DNA of 63,947 nucleotides, counting the filler, from Pelomyxa schiedti (lineage: Eukaryota; Protista; Evosea): the NCBI GenBank assembly GCA_020536535.1. It is 5 parts of 5 records of this genome, joined end to end, with 100 filler letters (N's around TTAATTAATTAA, not from the genome) between each part and the next. Parts side by side here need not be neighbours in the genome. Positions count along the whole stretch, not along the records: positions 60,973 to 62,625 come from JAHLWZ010002355.1; positions 62,726 to 63,947 come from JAHLWZ010002678.1; 3 more parts are not named here. One strand, 5' to 3'. Made by a program: the position numbers and the translations under genes. Every line of letters begins with the position of its first letter. Position 1 is the stretch's first letter. Shown here piece by piece: positions 61,517 to 63,947 of this stretch. A model generated the notes under the pieces. That model did not search any database. It was not told the origin of the DNA and saw only the letters and a program-made list of their open reading frames with translations.

Positions 61517-62625
61517 ATGTTGTCTTGGTGGAGGAGGAAAACGAGGCGGTTGGAACTCGAGCCACCCCCGACAACATCATCAACTGCGCCAACAACAACT
61601 CCCACAATTGAAACACACAAGGTCAACAGGGTCGCCGACACAGACTCACAACCACAACCACAAGAACAAGAACAAGAACAAGAGCAACAGCACGTTTCCA
61701 CCCGAAGACGTGGTCACTTCCACGACTGCGCGGTTGTGTTTATGAGTGGGTGGCACACGAGGGCGGGAGCCAACAGCGTGATGTCCACTCTCAATGTCCC
61801 TCACTCCATCGGCGTGTCAATCGCGCACATCCTCGCCCGCGGTATGTGCATTGTGCCGCACACTTCTAACCCTCCTACAAGTAGTGATTGATCAAAAACA
61901 AAAGGGAGTGTTTCGGTGTATTCGACAACAACAGAAGGGACACAGTGGATGACAAGGGGACGCGGTGTTGTGGTGGATGGTGACACTGATACAATTGTGT
62001 GGGTTATGCCTCCCGATGTCACACAGATGTGTGGGAGTTCATCTGATGGGAGAATAGCGTGGGTGGAACCATCACTGCAAAGCCTCTCATGTGGTGGAAC
62101 TTACCTTGTTTATTGGGCATTTGAACTGCTATCATGTTCCACGAACACACCTTGTCAGGTTGGCTTTTCTTTCTCTCTTTAAATCATCACTCACTGACAA
62201 ACCACCAGGAAGGGATTGGTGCATGTTCCTCCATAACATGTGTTTTTGGTGGTTCTCACTATGAAAATGGAGACTGTTACCCAATCACATTCTACTCTGC
62301 GGCATCCAAGGGAACTTACTCCTTTGGGTTGAACATGGGCACATCAACGCTTCTCGGGGAAATACAGGGAAAACAAGCCCTTCAGTCATCACCTCGACCG
62401 TTGGTGTTGAATGACACAAGACCACCAGTTGTTGGAGACAAGTTCTCGTTCCTGATTGAATTTAATGGCACAGACACGAATCACGGGAGGGTGAGTGTGT
62501 TCAGGAACCTCAAACCACTCGGCACATTCGAGCACGTGGAGACAAAGCTGCCCATGTTTCCAACAGTGCACATGTGTTGCAGGGATGCAAAGTACAGGTT
62601 CATCAGGAACCCTCCTCTCCCTCCT
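61517..62625 (+). CDS. SPRY/B30.2-like protein (paralogue 2), truncated by the gap
   Basis: ATG 61517, QEQEQE tract and two short introns. The C-terminal 200 nt or so are nearly identical to 61153-61360. Confidence 0.62.
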
Positions 62626-62725
62626 NNNNNNNNNNNNNNNNNNNNNNNNNNNNNNNNNNNNNNNNNNNNTTAATTAATTAANNNNNNNNNNNNNNNNNNN
62701 NNNNNNNNNNNNNNNNNNNNNNNNN
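62626..62725. other. Scaffold gap with linker
   Basis: N run with TTAATTAATTAA. Confidence 0.97.
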
Positions 62726-63947
62726 GACTCCCGAACCACTGGCTACACCCGAGTCGGAGCTGAGACAGCGGAAAATTGTTCCCCGAGTACTAACAGCTGA
62801 GGAACGAGGTGCAAGGCTGTTCCGTGCCGCTGCCGAAAAGTATCATATTTATCCAATAGTAAATTTGTGTATCTACAATGTTGTTCAAAGCATTAACTTG
62901 TTTCCAAAGGCTTCCACCATCTTTGGCTAAGTATGCCCAGATTGCGGAGAAAATTTTCTTACAGGCCGCTACTATTCTCGCTGTCGTACTACCGTTTGTC
63001 ACATCTTTCTACGGAAGACTCGTTAGCATATACAAGCGCCTCCCACCCCATGTAGATCAGATGATTTTCGGTTTGTGCGTCTGCTTGTTTGGTGGGCACT
63101 TTGCTGCTACGCTTGCTGTGGTTGAGGCATTCAAGCAAAGCGGTGCCGGCACCAAACTCTGGGCCTGTGTGATTGATCTTTACGAGGCAGCCCAGAAGGT
63201 CAAGAAAGCAAGTGACGCAGACGACAAGAAGGACGACGACGGCAACGGCATTCCTGATGTAGATGAGATACCCGCTGGGCAGCTACTGATAAGGAAGACA
63301 ACACTGGCGCTAAGGAATGTTGATCCAATTAAGTTCAACACTGCTATGCAGGGGATGTACCAAGGTTTTATTGCTGCTGTAGTCGTCGTCCAGTTCAAGT
63401 TCGCCAAGACTGTTGCTCTTGGCAACAGTTTGGGAGACTTCCTTAACAGAAGTGTTGGATCGCACGTAGCACCCGTCATTAACAAGTATGTTCCTGCTGA
63501 CTACCAAGGCTGGGTCAAGTTGGTTGTTGCATACCTGTGCAAGTTTATCGGCATCTCTATTGCGTGGACTCTGCAGTTCTACCAGGTATTTATTTTGTAA
63601 ATCCCGTATTTCGAATAACCCAATTGTACAGAGTGTGGTCCAAAGTGCCATCAACGGCTCCCGAATATTCTCGCGGGCATTGCTCAAGTACCTCGATCCA
63701 AAGCCGGCAGCACCAGCAACCAAACCCGAGACAAAATCGACCGCATCAACAACAGGCACAGACATGCCCACTTTTGCCACACCGATCATCCCAATACCGA
63801 CTGCCAGCGCCGCATACAACGCCACCAACATGTTCCAGCCACCGCGCGAGGATGACAGCAAAATCGGGGAGGCCATTGCGTGGGTCATGGCGTTCTTTGG
63901 AATCCTGTTCCAGTACAAGCTTGGGTTCCGCATCCCATTCCCGATCA
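62726..63947 (+). CDS. Uncharacterised multi-pass membrane protein with a DxDxNG Ca-binding-like loop; partial at both ends
   Basis: Motifs LFGGHFAATLAVVEAF, DDKKDDDGNGIPDVDEI, RKTTLALRNVDP and QFKFAKTVALG. After the intron at about 63585-63630 the frame continues to GILFQYKLGFRIPFPI at the window edge. Confidence 0.7.

Noticed and set aside
1-63947. tRNA, rRNA, transposase, reverse transcriptase or selenocysteine read-through
   Set aside because: No supporting motifs were seen. The in-frame stops I examined were explained by short introns.

Overview
This is a gene-dense, intron-rich eukaryotic scaffold, not a prokaryotic sequence. Introns are mostly 30-100 nt GT-AG, and there are four 100-nt N gaps, each with an artificial TTAATTAATTAA linker. 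Gene content and style suggest an anaerobic amoebozoan such as Pelomyxa (Archamoebae); this is inference only. Manual splicing gives about 22 genes, and the supplied ORF track shows only their exon fragments. Recognisable genes are UBC2/Rad6, TFIIIC subunit GTF3C3, an M1 aminopeptidase, glycogen phosphorylase, an LRRK2-like Roco protein, a Cys-less pentameric ligand-gated channel, histone SLBP, an intron-containing bacterial-type acyl-CoA dehydratase activase and an F-box/LRR protein. The most unusual results are multi-domain fusions visible only after splicing: (1) small GTPase-Kelch-F-box-Hint (self-cleaving domain); (2) thioredoxin-type arsenate reductase-TM repeats-LIM-gelsolin-villin headpiece; (3) SLBP carrying a canonical eIF4E-binding motif; (4) GTPase-like-Pol-beta nucleotidyltransferase-F-box; (5) tandem paralogues starting with a prokaryote/phage-like FVSNSSS motif. 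All exon joins were inferred by eye and need RNA-seq. All domain calls come from motif recognition, not database searches.
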